From the NCBI GenBank assembly GCA_039096225.1, contig JBBPEB010000033.1, positions 62,001 through 126,000 of the forward strand: 64,000 bases of DNA, read 5' to 3'. This stretch comes from Blastocystis sp. Blastoise. Its lineage: Eukaryota > Protista > Bigyra: Opalinata. Of the stretch, positions 10,613 to 35,375 are shown piece by piece (within the stretch, counting starts at the first letter, position 1; each line of letters begins with the position of its first letter). Under the pieces are notes generated by a model. The model searched no databases and had not been told where the DNA came from. It saw only the letters and a list, made by a program, of their open reading frames with translations. A program made the translations under genes and the position numbers.

Positions 10613-13456
10613 ATGCTTTACTTGTTTATTTTATTATTTTCCATAGGTCAATTGATTTGCCAAGACGTTATTCAAAATAATATTAAATGGCCTCAAACTA
10701 CAGCTACAAATGATACACAAGAAGTTAATGGTTCATGCTTAACTGGATATAAACCTAGTTCTGTTGATGATACTTTCGTAAGAAAATGTGAACCTACAGG
10801 CTTTTGGAGTGTTTATGATCCTACTTTTGGTACTTGTATTGAGTTATTCTGTGAAGAAGAAACTAAATCTGGTTATGTTTGGCCTAAAACTAAAGCAGGT
10901 AAATCTGCTATTCTTTCTTGTAATGAAGCTGCTACTACTGGTCAAGTTCAAAGACAATGTCTTTTAAAGACGAATCCTACAAGAGCTGTTTGGGATAATT
11001 ATGTTGTTGATTCTTGCAATTATTCTCCTATTGTTGCTATAAATTATCCTATTACTTCTCTTACTGTAGATCAAATGGAAGTTCTTCCTAATTATTTAAA
11101 GCCAAGTGAAATTGATGGTTTTTATTCTCAAATTACTATTTCTCCTAGACTTCCTTCTTCTGTTAAATTTGATGAAGTTACTGGACAAATTACAGGTCGT
11201 TTTATTGATCCTCTTGAAACTACTATTTTTGTTATTACATTTTCAAATCGTTTACATAGTTATTCAGTTGAAATTTCTATTACTGTAAATGCAATTTATT
11301 GTGAACCTACTGAAAAGTTTGGTAAGAATTGGCCTACAACGCAAGCTGGTAAACAGTATACTTATGATTGTACTGATGCTAATCAAACAGGACAAAAATC
11401 ATTATATTGTTTACGTTCTTATCCACCTCGTTGGAGTGATTATTTATCTTCTGATTGTGTATCTTCTATTCCTCGTAATATTATATATCCTTCTTTCCAT
11501 CTTAAATTACGTAGAAATATTAAGATGGCTGATCATATACCTATGTATTTAGGTGTAGTTAGTTCTGTTAGTGCTATTAATGCTTTACCTGCTGGTTTAA
11601 GTGTTGATTCTACTACAGGTACTATTAGTGGTGTTCCATTAAAAGTTGTTTCTGAATCAAAATATACTATTCGTTTTCAAGGTACTTCTGATGAATTATA
11701 TCAAGATGTTGATTTATTTATTGAAGTTTTAGAAAGAACATGTCCTTATATTCAAGAAAATAATTATATATTCCCTGAATCTATTGTAGATACTATTGCT
11801 AATGGTTTATGTCCTCTTGGTTATTCAGGTACTGTTACACGTCCTTGTTTAGAAAGTGGAGAATGGGATACTATTAATACTATTGAAGCTAATTGTCAAC
11901 CTAATTATTGTCCTGAAACTACTATTACTGGAGATCATATAAGTACTTTAGTTCTTCCTAAAACTATTGGTGTTACTGATTATACTTATAATTGTACTTA
12001 TGGTTCTTATTCATTCCATTGTAGAGCTGATGGTACTTGGACTAATATGACAAGTACTTGTAGAAAATGTCCTGATGGTGAATATTTAGGTTTATTTGAA
12101 CAAGGTACTGCTTGTATTCCTTGTCCTATTGGTCAAATATGTCCTTCTGGTACTGGTTATAGAGATCCTATTTCATGTACTGGTGTTTGGTATAATGATG
12201 AACAAGGTGCTACTGAATGTAAACAATGTAATTTAAAAACTTCTTATATAAAATCAAATGAAATGGGAGGTATTGAATGTATTGAATGTCCTACAGGTAC
12301 TTATCCATTAAATAATCAATGTGTTGCTAATCTTTATTGTCCTGCTGAAGATGGTTTTGAAGAAACAAGAACTGGTTTAATAGGTAAAAAAGCTTGTAGT
12401 AGTCGTTCTTTAAAAGGTTATATAAGTAGACAATGTATACGTACAGAAGATAATCAAGCTATATGGGGTGATATTGATGATGTAACGAATTGTCTTCCTT
12501 ATGTTCCTCCAAGTGGTGTTCAATATTTTGATTTAACATTTGAATTACAAAATTTACAAATACATCAATTTACTTCAGAAGCTAAATATCTTTTCTTAAA
12601 TGAATTAATTAAAGGATATAATCATTATATGTCTTCTATTATTATCAATTCTGTAGAAGGTTATTATCATAATGATATGAATTATGTACTTGTTAATGTA
12701 CGTGTATCTACAGAAATTGATATTATTTTTGCTTTAAAAACTTTATTCTATACTCCTATTCCTGATATGTATGTATCTCTTGATATATATAATAATAAAG
12801 ATTTTAATCGTTGGTTTAAAATTATATTAAGAGGTGATTATTATAGTCGTTATAATAACTTATATTGTCCTGAAGATGGTATTTGGAGTATGACTGTAGG
12901 TGGTCAAACTGCTTATGCTTCTTGTGAAGAATTAAATATGAAAGGATATATGGAACGTTATTGTCGTTATGTTTGGGGTCAAGGATATGTTGAATGGAAA
13001 GATGAAAATACTAATGGATGCTTAGATCTTACTCCTCCTACTGGACATGCTTATATTGATGCTACTTTATATTTTATTAATTTATTACCTTATGTATTCA
13101 ATTGTGATAGTAAAATAGGAACATTCACTTCTTATATGAAAATTGCTGATACATATATTTATGATGTTAAAATTCATACAATTCGTAATATTACAATGAA
13201 TAAATTACCTTCTACTTCTTTAGAACTTCGTTTAGAAGTTCCTGATGAATTAGCTACTCAAATTGCTTCAAATATTGAAAATAATATTCAAGAATTATAT
13301 ACTTATTTCCGTGCTGTTGATAGTTATAGATTCCATCCTAATTTTAGAGTAGCTGTTCAATTACCTATTAGTGTTACTAGTTCTAGTACTCCTCATAGAC
13401 AATTAAGAGAAGCTACGAATAAATTTAGAAACTATGAATGGTCTCCTTCTATATAA
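10613..13456 (+). CDS. Secreted/surface Cys-rich modular protein (HRM-like repeats, He_PIG Ig-like domains, GCC2/GCC3-like region)
   Basis: Intronless 947-aa ORF with an N-terminal signal peptide, repeated C..WP.T.AG..C..G..R.C..G.W modules, the He_PIG motif LPAGLSVDSTTGTISGVP, and CP.G..C repeats. Confidence 0.85.
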   Translation: MLYLFILLFSIGQLICQDVIQNNIKWPQTTATNDTQEVNGSCLTGYKPSSVDDTFVRKCEPTGFWSVYDPTFGTCIELFCEEETKSGYVWPKTKAGKSAILSCNEAATTGQVQRQCLLKTNPTRAVWDNYVVDSCNYSPIVAINYPITSLTVDQMEVLPNYLKPSEIDGFYSQITISPRLPSSVKFDEVTGQITGRFIDPLETTIFVITFSNRLHSYSVEISITVNAIYCEPTEKFGKNWPTTQAGKQYTYDCTDANQTGQKSLYCLRSYPPRWSDYLSSDCVSSIPRNIIYPSFHLKLRRNIKMADHIPMYLGVVSSVSAINALPAGLSVDSTTGTISGVPLKVVSESKYTIRFQGTSDELYQDVDLFIEVLERTCPYIQENNYIFPESIVDTIANGLCPLGYSGTVTRPCLESGEWDTINTIEANCQPNYCPETTITGDHISTLVLPKTIGVTDYTYNCTYGSYSFHCRADGTWTNMTSTCRKCPDGEYLGLFEQGTACIPCPIGQICPSGTGYRDPISCTGVWYNDEQGATECKQCNLKTSYIKSNEMGGIECIECPTGTYPLNNQCVANLYCPAEDGFEETRTGLIGKKACSSRSLKGYISRQCIRTEDNQAIWGDIDDVTNCLPYVPPSGVQYFDLTFELQNLQIHQFTSEAKYLFLNELIKGYNHYMSSIIINSVEGYYHNDMNYVLVNVRVSTEIDIIFALKTLFYTPIPDMYVSLDIYNNKDFNRWFKIILRGDYYSRYNNLYCPEDGIWSMTVGGQTAYASCEELNMKGYMERYCRYVWGQGYVEWKDENTNGCLDLTPPTGHAYIDATLYFINLLPYVFNCDSKIGTFTSYMKIADTYIYDVKIHTIRNITMNKLPSTSLELRLEVPDELATQIASNIENNIQELYTYFRAVDSYRFHPNFRVAVQLPISVTSSSTPHRQLREATNKFRNYEWSPSI

Positions 13457-14650
13457 AGAAAATTAAAAAAAAAAGAAAAGTAAAAACAAAATAATAATAA
13501 TAATGTATAGATAATATAATTTTTTTCTATTTATTAATTATATTTATTTATTATATTATTATTATATTTAAATATATAACTACAATTATCTTTCTTCAAT
13601 ATAATATTATTTATATTGCTGATTTATATCATTTTTATTTCTCTCCTTTTTTTTTTTTTTATTTATTTATTTATTTAATTTTGTAGACATATCTATTGTT
13701 CATTACTAATTATATTGTTTATGTTGTTTTATTAAGTCTTTATTAATTATAAAGCTTTCATCATATATATTTATATATTTATTTTTGAACTATAGTTCCT
13801 TTTAGTTTCTTTATTTTATTTTTTTTTAATTTATATATTTTTTTAATATTATATCTATTTTATTTTTAATTTATAAATAAATCACTTATAATAATAAAAA
13901 TTTATAATCTCTATTTTAAATTATTGTTTTTCATTTAAATTATATGTGTATATATAATAAGCTTCCTTTACTAATATTCTCTTCTTTTTTTTTTGTATAT
14001 ATTCTTTTTACAGTCTATTCATCTTCATTTCATTTTTGTTTTATTTTTTGCCGGTCTATCTTATCTACTTGTTCGTATATATGTATATATATATTTTTTT
14101 ATACGTAGTAACTTATTTAAATACTTGTTTTATGAATTATTTATATATAATTATTTTATTAGTGGTAAATTTATTTGTTTAGTTAACATTATTTTATTTT
14201 AATAATGATTATTTAACGTATTCATAACGGACAATAAACAACTAATGAATATAGGTTATTGACTCTTTCAAAGATGAATTATTTATTTTATTAATGAATT
14301 AATCAAAAATAAATAAATAAATAGACGCTTCTTTTATAGAATATGAAACTAGAATACATTAAAACGAAGCAAATTACTCTTTTACATTGCTTATATACAT
14401 AGAAATCAATCCTTTAAACAAAAAAATAATTTTTTTTTTAAATACCACAATAATTCTGATTATTTCCTTTTTATACAGAAAAAAATAAAAATCAAATATC
14501 CTGATAATAATCACGACTTTTCACAAAACAAAAGACAAAAAATAAAAAAAAGAATAAAAGATATTATTCTTTATAGAGAAGAATAATATAAAATTCTTTA
14601 TAATAAAAATATTTTATTTTTTTTTAATAAAGTTATAAATTGTATTGAAA

Positions 14651-16581
14651 ATGGATAATAATTCTGGTGTTTCTACTATGGATATCAATACTTTTATGGA
14701 AAAGTTGTCGATCATTCAAAAGTCTATGAAAGAAATTGCTCAATCCTTTTTGCCTTCTCTTCAAGTCTCAGAATCAAATCCTTGTAAACCTCAAAGTGTT
14801 GTTTCTGATACTGTGAATCAATATTTAGAATCAGAATATAAACGATTAGAAAAAATCAGTAATGAGTTAAAGAAATATGAAAAAGATGTATCTGATATTA
14901 CTTGTTCTTTTTCAGATCAATTAAAGGGTACTTATTTAGAAGGTGAAGATGTATATGCTACTATTCAAACAAAACTTTCAGATTGTATGAATAATTATTC
15001 GAATGTTACAAATAAGATTGATGATGCTCTTGAGACGATAAAAGATCCTTCTCATATTTGTTTTAAAATAAAAAATAGTGAAAAGAAATATTTAATCTCT
15101 AAGGGTATTTTAGAAAATAATAAAGGAACTATATTATCTACTTTATATAATGATTCTTCTAATCATGATAAAAATGGTGATATTTATATTGATCGTGAAA
15201 GTAAGATGTTTCCTGTTATTATTGAATATTTAAATGGTGAAGAAATTGATTATTCTTTTTTTAGTGAAAAAGAGAAATTGGAAATTATTAATGAATTCGA
15301 ATATTTCAAGATTCCTTTTAATCATGAATTATTAAATTTACGAGGTACTTATAAAGAGCATATGATGGTTAATGGTTATTTATATAATCGTGTTATTATG
15401 GTTAATGGTAAAAATGAACCAGAATTAAATAGTTATTTAATGGCTCATCAATTATTTGATACATTATTTAAGAAGCAACGTGTTGAAGATATTCATTATT
15501 ATGAAGATACAGGTGTAGTTTATATTAATTTGAAGCTTGATTATATAGATTATATACGTCAATATATAACATCAAATACAATTGATTTGAAACAACTTAA
15601 ACCTCATCCTATTCATACTGATGGATTTATTGCTGAATTTGAACAACTATCTATTCCTTTAGCATTAGATATAGTTACATTATTTACTCCTCTTTATGAA
15701 TCATTATTACTTGATGAAACTCTAGCTGGTCATGTTCTTGAATGGACAGGAATGGACAAACAATGGTTCCTTGCTTATCGGTATGTTTTTTTTATGTTTT
15801 TTAATTTTTTAATTTTATTTTTTTAATTTTTAATTTTTATTTTTTTAATTTTTATTTTTTTATTTTTTATTTTTTATTTTTTTATTTTTTTATTTTATTT
15901 TTTATTATTATTATTTTTTTTATTTTATTTTTTATTATTATTATTTTTTTTTATTTTTTATTTTATATTAATTAATTATTATTATATATATATATATTTC
16001 AAATAATTATAATACTTATTTTTCTAAATATAAATTCCTATTATTTTAGTGGTTCTAATGCTGATTTTGATGTGACATCCTTTCATAATCATTGTGATAA
16101 TAAAGGAGAATGTATTGTTTTAGTATGTGGTCAACTTGATGAATCTATGGAATGTTTATTTGGTGCATATACTTCTGTTGGATTTAATATCCATTGTCTT
16201 GATGGTATATATATATATATATATATTATTATTATTATTATAAATATATTCACTATATATATATTATACTATAATATAGAGAATCAGGATATAGAAGACA
16301 ATGATGCTTTCCTCTTTACTCTTCGTAATAACTTACAAATAACTCCTGAACGGTACAATGCCAAACAATCGATTATGGTACATTATGACGCAGACTGTGG
16401 TCCCTCATTCACTAATGGATTTATGATCTCGAATCATAGTCATACGTCTTTTGATAATTATTTCTATACCGATGGATCTTTCCCTGTCATCGACCATCAT
16501 TCCTTTATGAGCAATTTCTCATTTGGAAAGAAAAATAAAACATTTAAAGTATTAGAAACTGAAGTCTATATCAGAGCTTAA
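14651..16581 (+). CDS. Coiled-coil + BTB/POZ (KCTD-type) + TLDc protein; 3 exons
   Basis: BTB motif IYIDRESKMFPVIIEYL. Spliced TLDc motifs WFLAYR|GS...SFHNHCDNKG, LFGAYTS, DAFLFTL, GPSF, FKVLETEVY. Exons about 14651-15780, 16050-16204, 16280-16581. Confidence 0.85.
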
Positions 16582-17485
16582 GTATTATATATTTTTTTGT
16601 TTTCTTTTTTTTTTAATTATTTTTATTTTTTTAATTATATATTTTTTTTATTATATTTGTAAATATATATATAATATTCTCTTCTTATAACACTTTTATT
16701 TAAATGATTTCAATATCTATCATATTTCTTATTGTTCTATATATTCATTATATTCTCTTGTCTATGTCTATCTTTCGTATTTATCCATAAATCTCTTCCT
16801 TTTTATTTATTTTTTATTTTTTTTTTTCCTTTCTTCAAATTATATTATATTGCTATTTTTGTTTTGTTTTTTTCTAATTTTTTTGTTTGTTTGTTTTTTC
16901 TTGTTTAAATTTTCACTTTTTTTTTTTGTTTTAAATTTATATATTGAATAATATACATAGTTTAAATATTTTATTTAATAAGATTCTAAAATTCTGTTTA
17001 TTCACATAACTGTTTTAATATATATACTTGTTTTTTTCTCTCTCTTAACACATATATTTATGTTTTTGTGTTCTATTTCTTTCTCTTTTTTTTAATAAAT
17101 TAATAATTGTATTTTTCTAACATCAAAATTAATTGTAAGCTACTAATAATCCCTATGGTTTATTTATATGTATAATAATTCTATTTAAAAAAAAATAATC
17201 ATTCTAAGTTTTCATTAGAACAAAACATATTATGCAAATAATATACAATTATAATAGAAAGACAGCAAAAACATTATACATATGCATATATATTTAGTTT
17301 TAAACAACCTAAAGTGATAAAAAGATACATAAACATATACAACAAAGATATATTTAAATGTTATTAATATATAGTCGAATTTTTAAAAATTGTATATATG
17401 AAGAAAATAGAAAAAATATAAACAACCTTAAAAATGTTCATAAAAAAATAAATAAATTTATTTATATATATTAATAAAATTATAT

Positions 17486-26231
<8,746 letters not shown>

Positions 26232-26945
26232 TTATAATGATAAATAGAGATATACAATAAGTTATGAAGAATTGATCACGAAAGAACAAGAAAACACTTT
26301 TTAAACAAAAATGTAATAATACCGTGGAAACTATTAAAAACTGACGATAAAACTACGTTTTTTATAAACAACTCTTTTTGCAAGTACTTTTTTTTTCTCT
26401 TAATTCAAGTATTCTTTTGATTATTTATCTACTCATAATCCTTACATTGATATTACAAAAGTTGAAATTCTATATTTAAAATCTTTAAGTTTTCTTATTA
26501 ATTGTTCACGAACAAATCGTCTACAATTCACAGTTTTTATCTTGATGAAATTATTTTATGTTTAATGATTACGCTATTAAGAATATTCATTTTTAAAAAA
26601 TATAGAATAATAATATATAATTTTCCTAACATGGTTCGCTTTACTCTTATTTTTATCTTCTAATGAATAAGAAGATATCTACATTTATAAATAAATTTTT
26701 TGTTATAATTTATTTGCTCCAAAAATTGAATACATTTAAAGTGTCTATTAAAAATCTCAGAAAACTTCCCTTTTTAGAAAGCAATAAATTATTTAGAAAG
26801 ATTGTTTTTCTAAAATATCCATAAAAACATGGGAATCAATAAAGATATAGAGCTATTTTTATATTTTTCATTTTTTTTTGATTGCAAAAAAATATAAAAA
26901 GATTTCTATACTTTTTATATTCATTGTTAATATATAGTTGAGATA

Positions 26946-27647
26946 ATGACAGAAATTTGTGATGTCTACATTGAAGAAATTCAACAATTTCTTAGAAAGA
27001 TTGAAGATTTATTATCCAAATTAGAGACTGAACCTAAAGGTTTAAAGGAAGCTTCTGACTTCTTATCTCAAGCAGATGAAAGTATAAAACAACTTGAGAT
27101 TGAAGCTAGAAATTTACCTGGTGATTTAAGAGTTGAAATGTTAAAGAAAGTACAGCAATACCGTGATGCTTGTAAAGCTAAGAAAACTCAAATATCTACT
27201 TATCGAACAAAAGCAGAAAGAAGTGAGTTATTCTCTGGTGTTAGTGTATGTTATTTATTCATTATTTTTTTGTTATTGTTGTAATTATATTATTTATAAT
27301 ATATATATAATCTTATAGGTTTCTGAAAAAGGAAAAGATAGTATAGAAGCTCAAATGGCTCAATTATCTCAGTACCTATTATATATATATATATTTTATT
27401 AACTTTTTTTAATTTGTTGAGAAAAAACTAATAATAATAATAATTATTATAGACAAAATAATACCTTAGAGAATGCTCGTAGAACCTTAATGGAAGCTGA
27501 GAATTCTGGTTTAGGAACAATGGATGAATTACAAAGACAACGAGAAAGCTTACAGTCTTCAAGAGATAAAGTTCAAGACACACTTTCCCTTACAAATCAA
27601 GCTAAATCTATTCTTGATGTATGTTGCAAATATTATAGATTGTAGGG

Positions 27648-27712
<65 letters not shown>

Positions 27713-27805
27713 TATTATATATTTATTAATATTACATATAATCATTACATATTATTATTATTAATATAGAAAATGAGAAAGAGAGTATGGTATAAACGTG
27801 TTTAA
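26946..27805 (+). CDS. VTI1: Vti1-like Qb-SNARE; 4 exons; no transmembrane anchor found
   Basis: Habc motif IKQLEIEAR...RSELF. SNARE motif LENARRTLMEAENSGLGTMDELQRQRESL...AKSILD|KMRKR. Confidence 0.8.
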
Positions 27806-28677
27806 AATATTTTTAATTTCAATTTTTTTTTTCTAATTTCTTTATAATATTCAATAATCCTTTTTATTTATTATCTAATTGTATATATAAGTATTGATAT
27901 GAATATTGTTTTGATTCTATTTTATAATTATTATCGTAATTGATACAGAATAACTGACTTTTATATAATCTGCATTATTAACCTTAACTAGTAACTATAT
28001 GAAAAATAAAGTATTATTAAAACGAAATACAATAATAAAATGTAACAAAAACATCGCAGTAATTATAAGTAATAAAAATAGAGTGAATATTAGTTAAATA
28101 ATAAAATAAAACAGAAACCACTAAAATAAAGGCAAAACAAAAAGGAATAAAGAATCTAATGTGAAAAAAAAAGTGTTCAGAAGGAAGAGATAGTTATAAT
28201 TCAGTTAGAGAAAGATTTTTATTAATAAAAACGAATATGAACAGATTCGTTAGAAAAAAAAACATTGTTAAAAAGTAGAAAAGTATATACATATAGAATG
28301 TAATAGAAACAAAAATACCAATAAGCATATATAAAAGAAATTTTAATACATTAAATAGAATACAATACATATAAATACGCTTATATACATAGATATAGAA
28401 TGCAATAGAAGAGAAGTTACTAATAAATTAGTAAAAAAAAAATTGAGCATAAATTTATGGCAATAATAAATATATAGAATTAAATAAATAAGAAATATCA
28501 ATATAGAGAAATAAAATAGTGAAATTAAATAAATAATAAATAATAATAATTCTTAAAATAATTATATTTTATATATATAAATATACAAATGATTCAATTT
28601 ATACAGTTTCAACTGAAGTATTTATAGAAATAAGTCAAGGAGAGGAAGTTATTTCTAGAGGGAAGATAGAATGTTCT

Positions 28678-30778
<2,101 letters not shown>

Positions 30779-32568
30779 TGTTTTATATTACTATTCACTA
30801 TAAAAGAAAACAAGAAAAAAAAATAAAATTTATAATCAATTTGTATATCATCAATATACATCTTTCAGCTTTCAAAAACTAATCACAGATATTCTATCTA
30901 TTATTGTATTCTTATAATAAAGGAGAAAGAACACCAATATAGACTATAGTATTGTTTTAAATTGAAGAATACTAAAAAAACAATCGATGATTCAAGTACT
31001 AAAAAGAGAAGTTTTTATTTGTTCTTTATGTGTTTATTCCATTTTTTTTATGGTCATTATCACTTCCTGTTCAATGTTTTTATTAGTATTTATCAAGTTT
31101 TATTTTATTTTGAGGATACTCTATTATTTTATATTTCATTTCTCGTTTAGGTAATACCTTCATCTCTTCTTAACATATATATATATATATTGTTTTTTTA
31201 CAACTCAACACTATCAACTCCTATACAGTACTGAACGATACCATTTAAATAGTATCATATTCTCTTCTCACTTTATATTTATTAACTTAAAAAATAATTA
31301 TACTATCTCTGCTTGATTAAACGTATTTACTTGAATTTTTTTTTGACCCAATATCTTTTTATTCTTTGTAATTCCATTTAAAAAAAAACAAAGATATATT
31401 TTATTTTTGAATATTCTAATAAAAATCATGATGCAAATCCTCAAAACATTCATTTCTTTGTCAATTCTCTTATAATATTTTCTAAGAATAACAAGAGAAT
31501 TACAACTAACTGTTTTATAGAATAGAATTTATTGTAACCTTTCAAATAAATAAAAGCACAACACCAATTTCCATATTTTTATTTTTATTTCCAGACGGAT
31601 ATAGGTCATTCAGATTTTGAGTTATCGTTTAAATAACTTATTATTCATCTTATTCTAAAGATTTATTTAAAACAGAAATAGTTTTCCAATCCAAATTTGA
31701 TTATTATCTACATCCAAAAAGAATTGACAGAAAGATTCTTATTCATGATCTCATTATTCTGTGATTCTTTATTCCTTATTTATATCCTTAAATACTTTTT
31801 ATTAACCAAAGAAAAGAAAAGAGGAGCGACTTTCTATTATTTCCATAAGAATTCAGAATAATGAATTTACTGAACAGACCATTGGTTGAACAAGAAGAAT
31901 TCTCTCTTAACATTGGCCGAACCATTTTGATTGTGATTATAGTAGATCAATGGATCCAATCAAAAAGAGATTTATAAAAAAATTCCATTTTTCTATACGT
32001 TTCAACTTTTACCGATTTTTATGGAAGAAATTCTAAATAAAGGAAATCAACTGGCTCAAAAAAAATATTGTCCAATAAAATAGGATGAATCTCCTACTCC
32101 TTGAAATTTCCATGATTATGATTTTATTGGGTATTCTAAAAAGAAAATCAGTAAATTTCTTCAATTGACAAAAAAAAACAAGAAAATGACGAATTTGTGT
32201 CTAGAGATGTGTCTTATTCCCACTTTTCATAATCACAAGTTTGACTTCTTCTATGACGTAGTCCATTATATCCTTTATTTTATTATTTTTATTCTTTTGT
32301 GAAAGCTAATCTTTTCACTTATTCTTTTCTTTCGAATGTATGCATAATTATATCTCTTATTGTTGTATAGATCAAGTTTTCTTTTTATTTTTATCCATTA
32401 TTATCTACCACGTAACATTTTTCTATTTATTATTTCTCTAGAAATACTTGTAACATCGAAAGCGAATATTCTTCTTTATTCTACACATCAAATTATTTTT
32501 TACACGATTTCTGGTTTTTCTATTAAACCTCTTTTTTTATTAAATCTTAGTTTTATTAATATAACTAT

Positions 32569-33336
32569 ATGAATAATTCTACTATTACATTGCAAACAGA
32601 TCTTTCTGCTCCTATAATGCATGCTGAGAGTGATATATCTGACGATTACACTCTTGTAAAACCAATAACTTGTTTAGATTCTTATGCAAACTTCCCTCCT
32701 GCACCTGTGTTTATATTTAGTGAATCTGAATCAGACAGTGATTCAGATATAGAAAGTTATACTGAAGAAAATCAAGAAGCTGCAGAAATCACTGAATATT
32801 TCAATAATTCTCCTATGAGATATGATTTTCTTGATGAATCACTTCCACCTCCAAATGCACATAAGTGTAATGTTTGCCAACCTAATAGAGATTCGAATCC
32901 TTCACCTGTAAATATTTGTTATTTAAATAATGTAACTTCTAAGCCTAAACGATCTCGTATCGATCATAAAGATATACTTCAATTTGAAGATGGAACGAAG
33001 ATTATTGGTGACTTTAAGAAGAAATCACCTGTAGGTCATGGTATTTGCTATTCTAGTAATGGTACTGTCTATATTGGTAGTTTCATTTATCTACAATTAA
33101 ATGGTATTGGTACTATTATATATCAAAATGGTGATCGTTATGAAGGACAAGTCTTAAATTGTCGACGTAATGGAAAAGGCGTCTTATATAAGAATAATGG
33201 AAATGTCTTAGATTCTTCCTGGAGTAACGACAAACAAGATGGTAAAAGTATATTATATTATACTGATGGTACACAATATGAAAGCTATTGGGAAAAAGGA
33301 ATGCCTATTGGTACGGGTATCTTGAAACAAAAGTAA
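32569..33336 (+). CDS. MORN-repeat protein with acidic N-terminus
   Basis: Repeats such as YIGSF..LNGIGTIIYQNGDRYEGQV..RNGKG; intronless ORF. Confidence 0.9.
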   Translation: MNNSTITLQTDLSAPIMHAESDISDDYTLVKPITCLDSYANFPPAPVFIFSESESDSDSDIESYTEENQEAAEITEYFNNSPMRYDFLDESLPPPNAHKCNVCQPNRDSNPSPVNICYLNNVTSKPKRSRIDHKDILQFEDGTKIIGDFKKKSPVGHGICYSSNGTVYIGSFIYLQLNGIGTIIYQNGDRYEGQVLNCRRNGKGVLYKNNGNVLDSSWSNDKQDGKSILYYTDGTQYESYWEKGMPIGTGILKQK

Positions 33337-35375
33337 TTTCTTACTTTTTTTTTTTATTATTTATTTTTTTTTTCATTTTTAAAAGAATACCATGGTTCAG
33401 TTTCATTCTTCTCAAAATTTTCATTTTTTTTTAAATCATTTTTCATTTTTTTTAGATATGTATCTTTAATATAGCTTTTAGCTAATTATCAATTTCATTT
33501 TCAATTTCATTTTATTTTTCATTTTATTTTATTTATTTTTTTTTTAATTTATTTATTTGTTCATTTTACTTATACAATTATATATATATTTATGTTAATT
33601 TTATCCTATAATATATTGTTCTTTTTTTTTTGTTTCACAAGTTTGTTTTTGTTTACTCTTTTCGATTCAATATTTATTTCTATTAAAATATTCTTCTTAT
33701 TGTTGTAATCTCCATATTATTATTTGTTATTGTTTTTTTTTAATATATATTATGTAAATTTGTTTTTCATATATATAACCATTTTCTCTTCTATTATTAC
33801 TATTGTATAGAATAATCTATTGCTATTTATCTACTTATATAAGATTATTCATATATATATATCCTTTTATTATGAACTTTATACAAACATTTAATTATAT
33901 CATATATATATATATATATCTTTGTGATCGATTTAATCTATATTTAGTATCATTGGTTTATATTTATATATATATATATAAATATAGATAATTATCTTTT
34001 AACAAGATATTTCTTCTGTTCATACTTTTCTATATTTCGGCATTATTATCTATATATATTATATATTTATATTCATTCTTTTTCGTTGTTTCTCTTTTAT
34101 AGTATCATTATATTGTAAGTTTCAAGTGCTTTCTCACTTTTGTATATGAAACTTTATTTCGTTCTTTGATTCTATTAATGTATCTATTGACTAATTGAAG
34201 ATATTGTCTATTTCTTTTCAATATCCTACCAATTATCTATATATATTCATATTTTTCATTTCTCACTAGTCTCTTTTCAGTCTACATATATATTTTCGTA
34301 AAATTCATTATTTGTTTTAAAAAATTTAAGCGCAATAGTTATTTCTTTTCTTTCTTTTTCTTCTGTTTTATTTTTAATTTTTTTTTTTGTAAGTTTTTAT
34401 ATGTTTTATATATATATATATATATAATTTTTTTAATGTTTTCTTTATATCTTTAATTATCGAATTCAAATCCTCTCTTCTCGTATCTCTATTCTTTTGA
34501 TATATATGTATGTATATATCATATGTTATTTATCAAATCTTTTCAATATTTTTTCTCCTTCTTCTCTCTATTTTGATCTTTTACTTTTTTTTAGTAGCTA
34601 AACATGTTATTAAGAGATTCTATATAATTATAGTCATAGTTTTAATATATATTTATATATCTTTATAGGTATTAATCTCTTTTTATCATCATTCAGTATA
34701 TTATATATTTTATTTACATTATCATTTATAAATGTAGAATTGTTCAATTACATTTATAACATATATATATATTGGAATAGCTCTTTTCTCTCCTCTCATT
34801 CCTTATTTAACTATCTTTTTGAAATTCAATTTTTAAAAATATTTGTTGTTTTTACTACAACTGTGAAGATAAACAACTCATTGATTATATTAATATTCAT
34901 TTTACACTGTTGTCTCACAAAATATATTGAAGAATTTATTATTCTTATTCAATTATCAACACTTATTGAATCATGTATTTCTATTTTTTATTTTTTATTA
35001 TTTTTTTTTATTTTTTTTAATTTCTAACATTCAAAACATTTTCTTTCTTATTTATTTTTAGTTTTAAACAATGATTCATAGGGAATTGATTCACATACAG
35101 ACGACCATTAAGACTCATCCACTTTATTTTTTTTCAACGTCATCCATATAGATCTATGAATTTATAGGATCATCAAACAATTACAAAATTCTAAAAATAT
35201 ACAACAAACAACCTAAGAAAAAGTGTAATATAAAATAAACAGTAAAAAGTGATGAGTTTTCGCTGAATAAAAGAAAATAACCAAAAATAAATCAACAAAC
35301 AAAGAAAAATCAATCAAATAAATATAATTTCTTGGAATTCCTATATCGTATTCTTTGTCCTTTGAAAGTTTAGTG

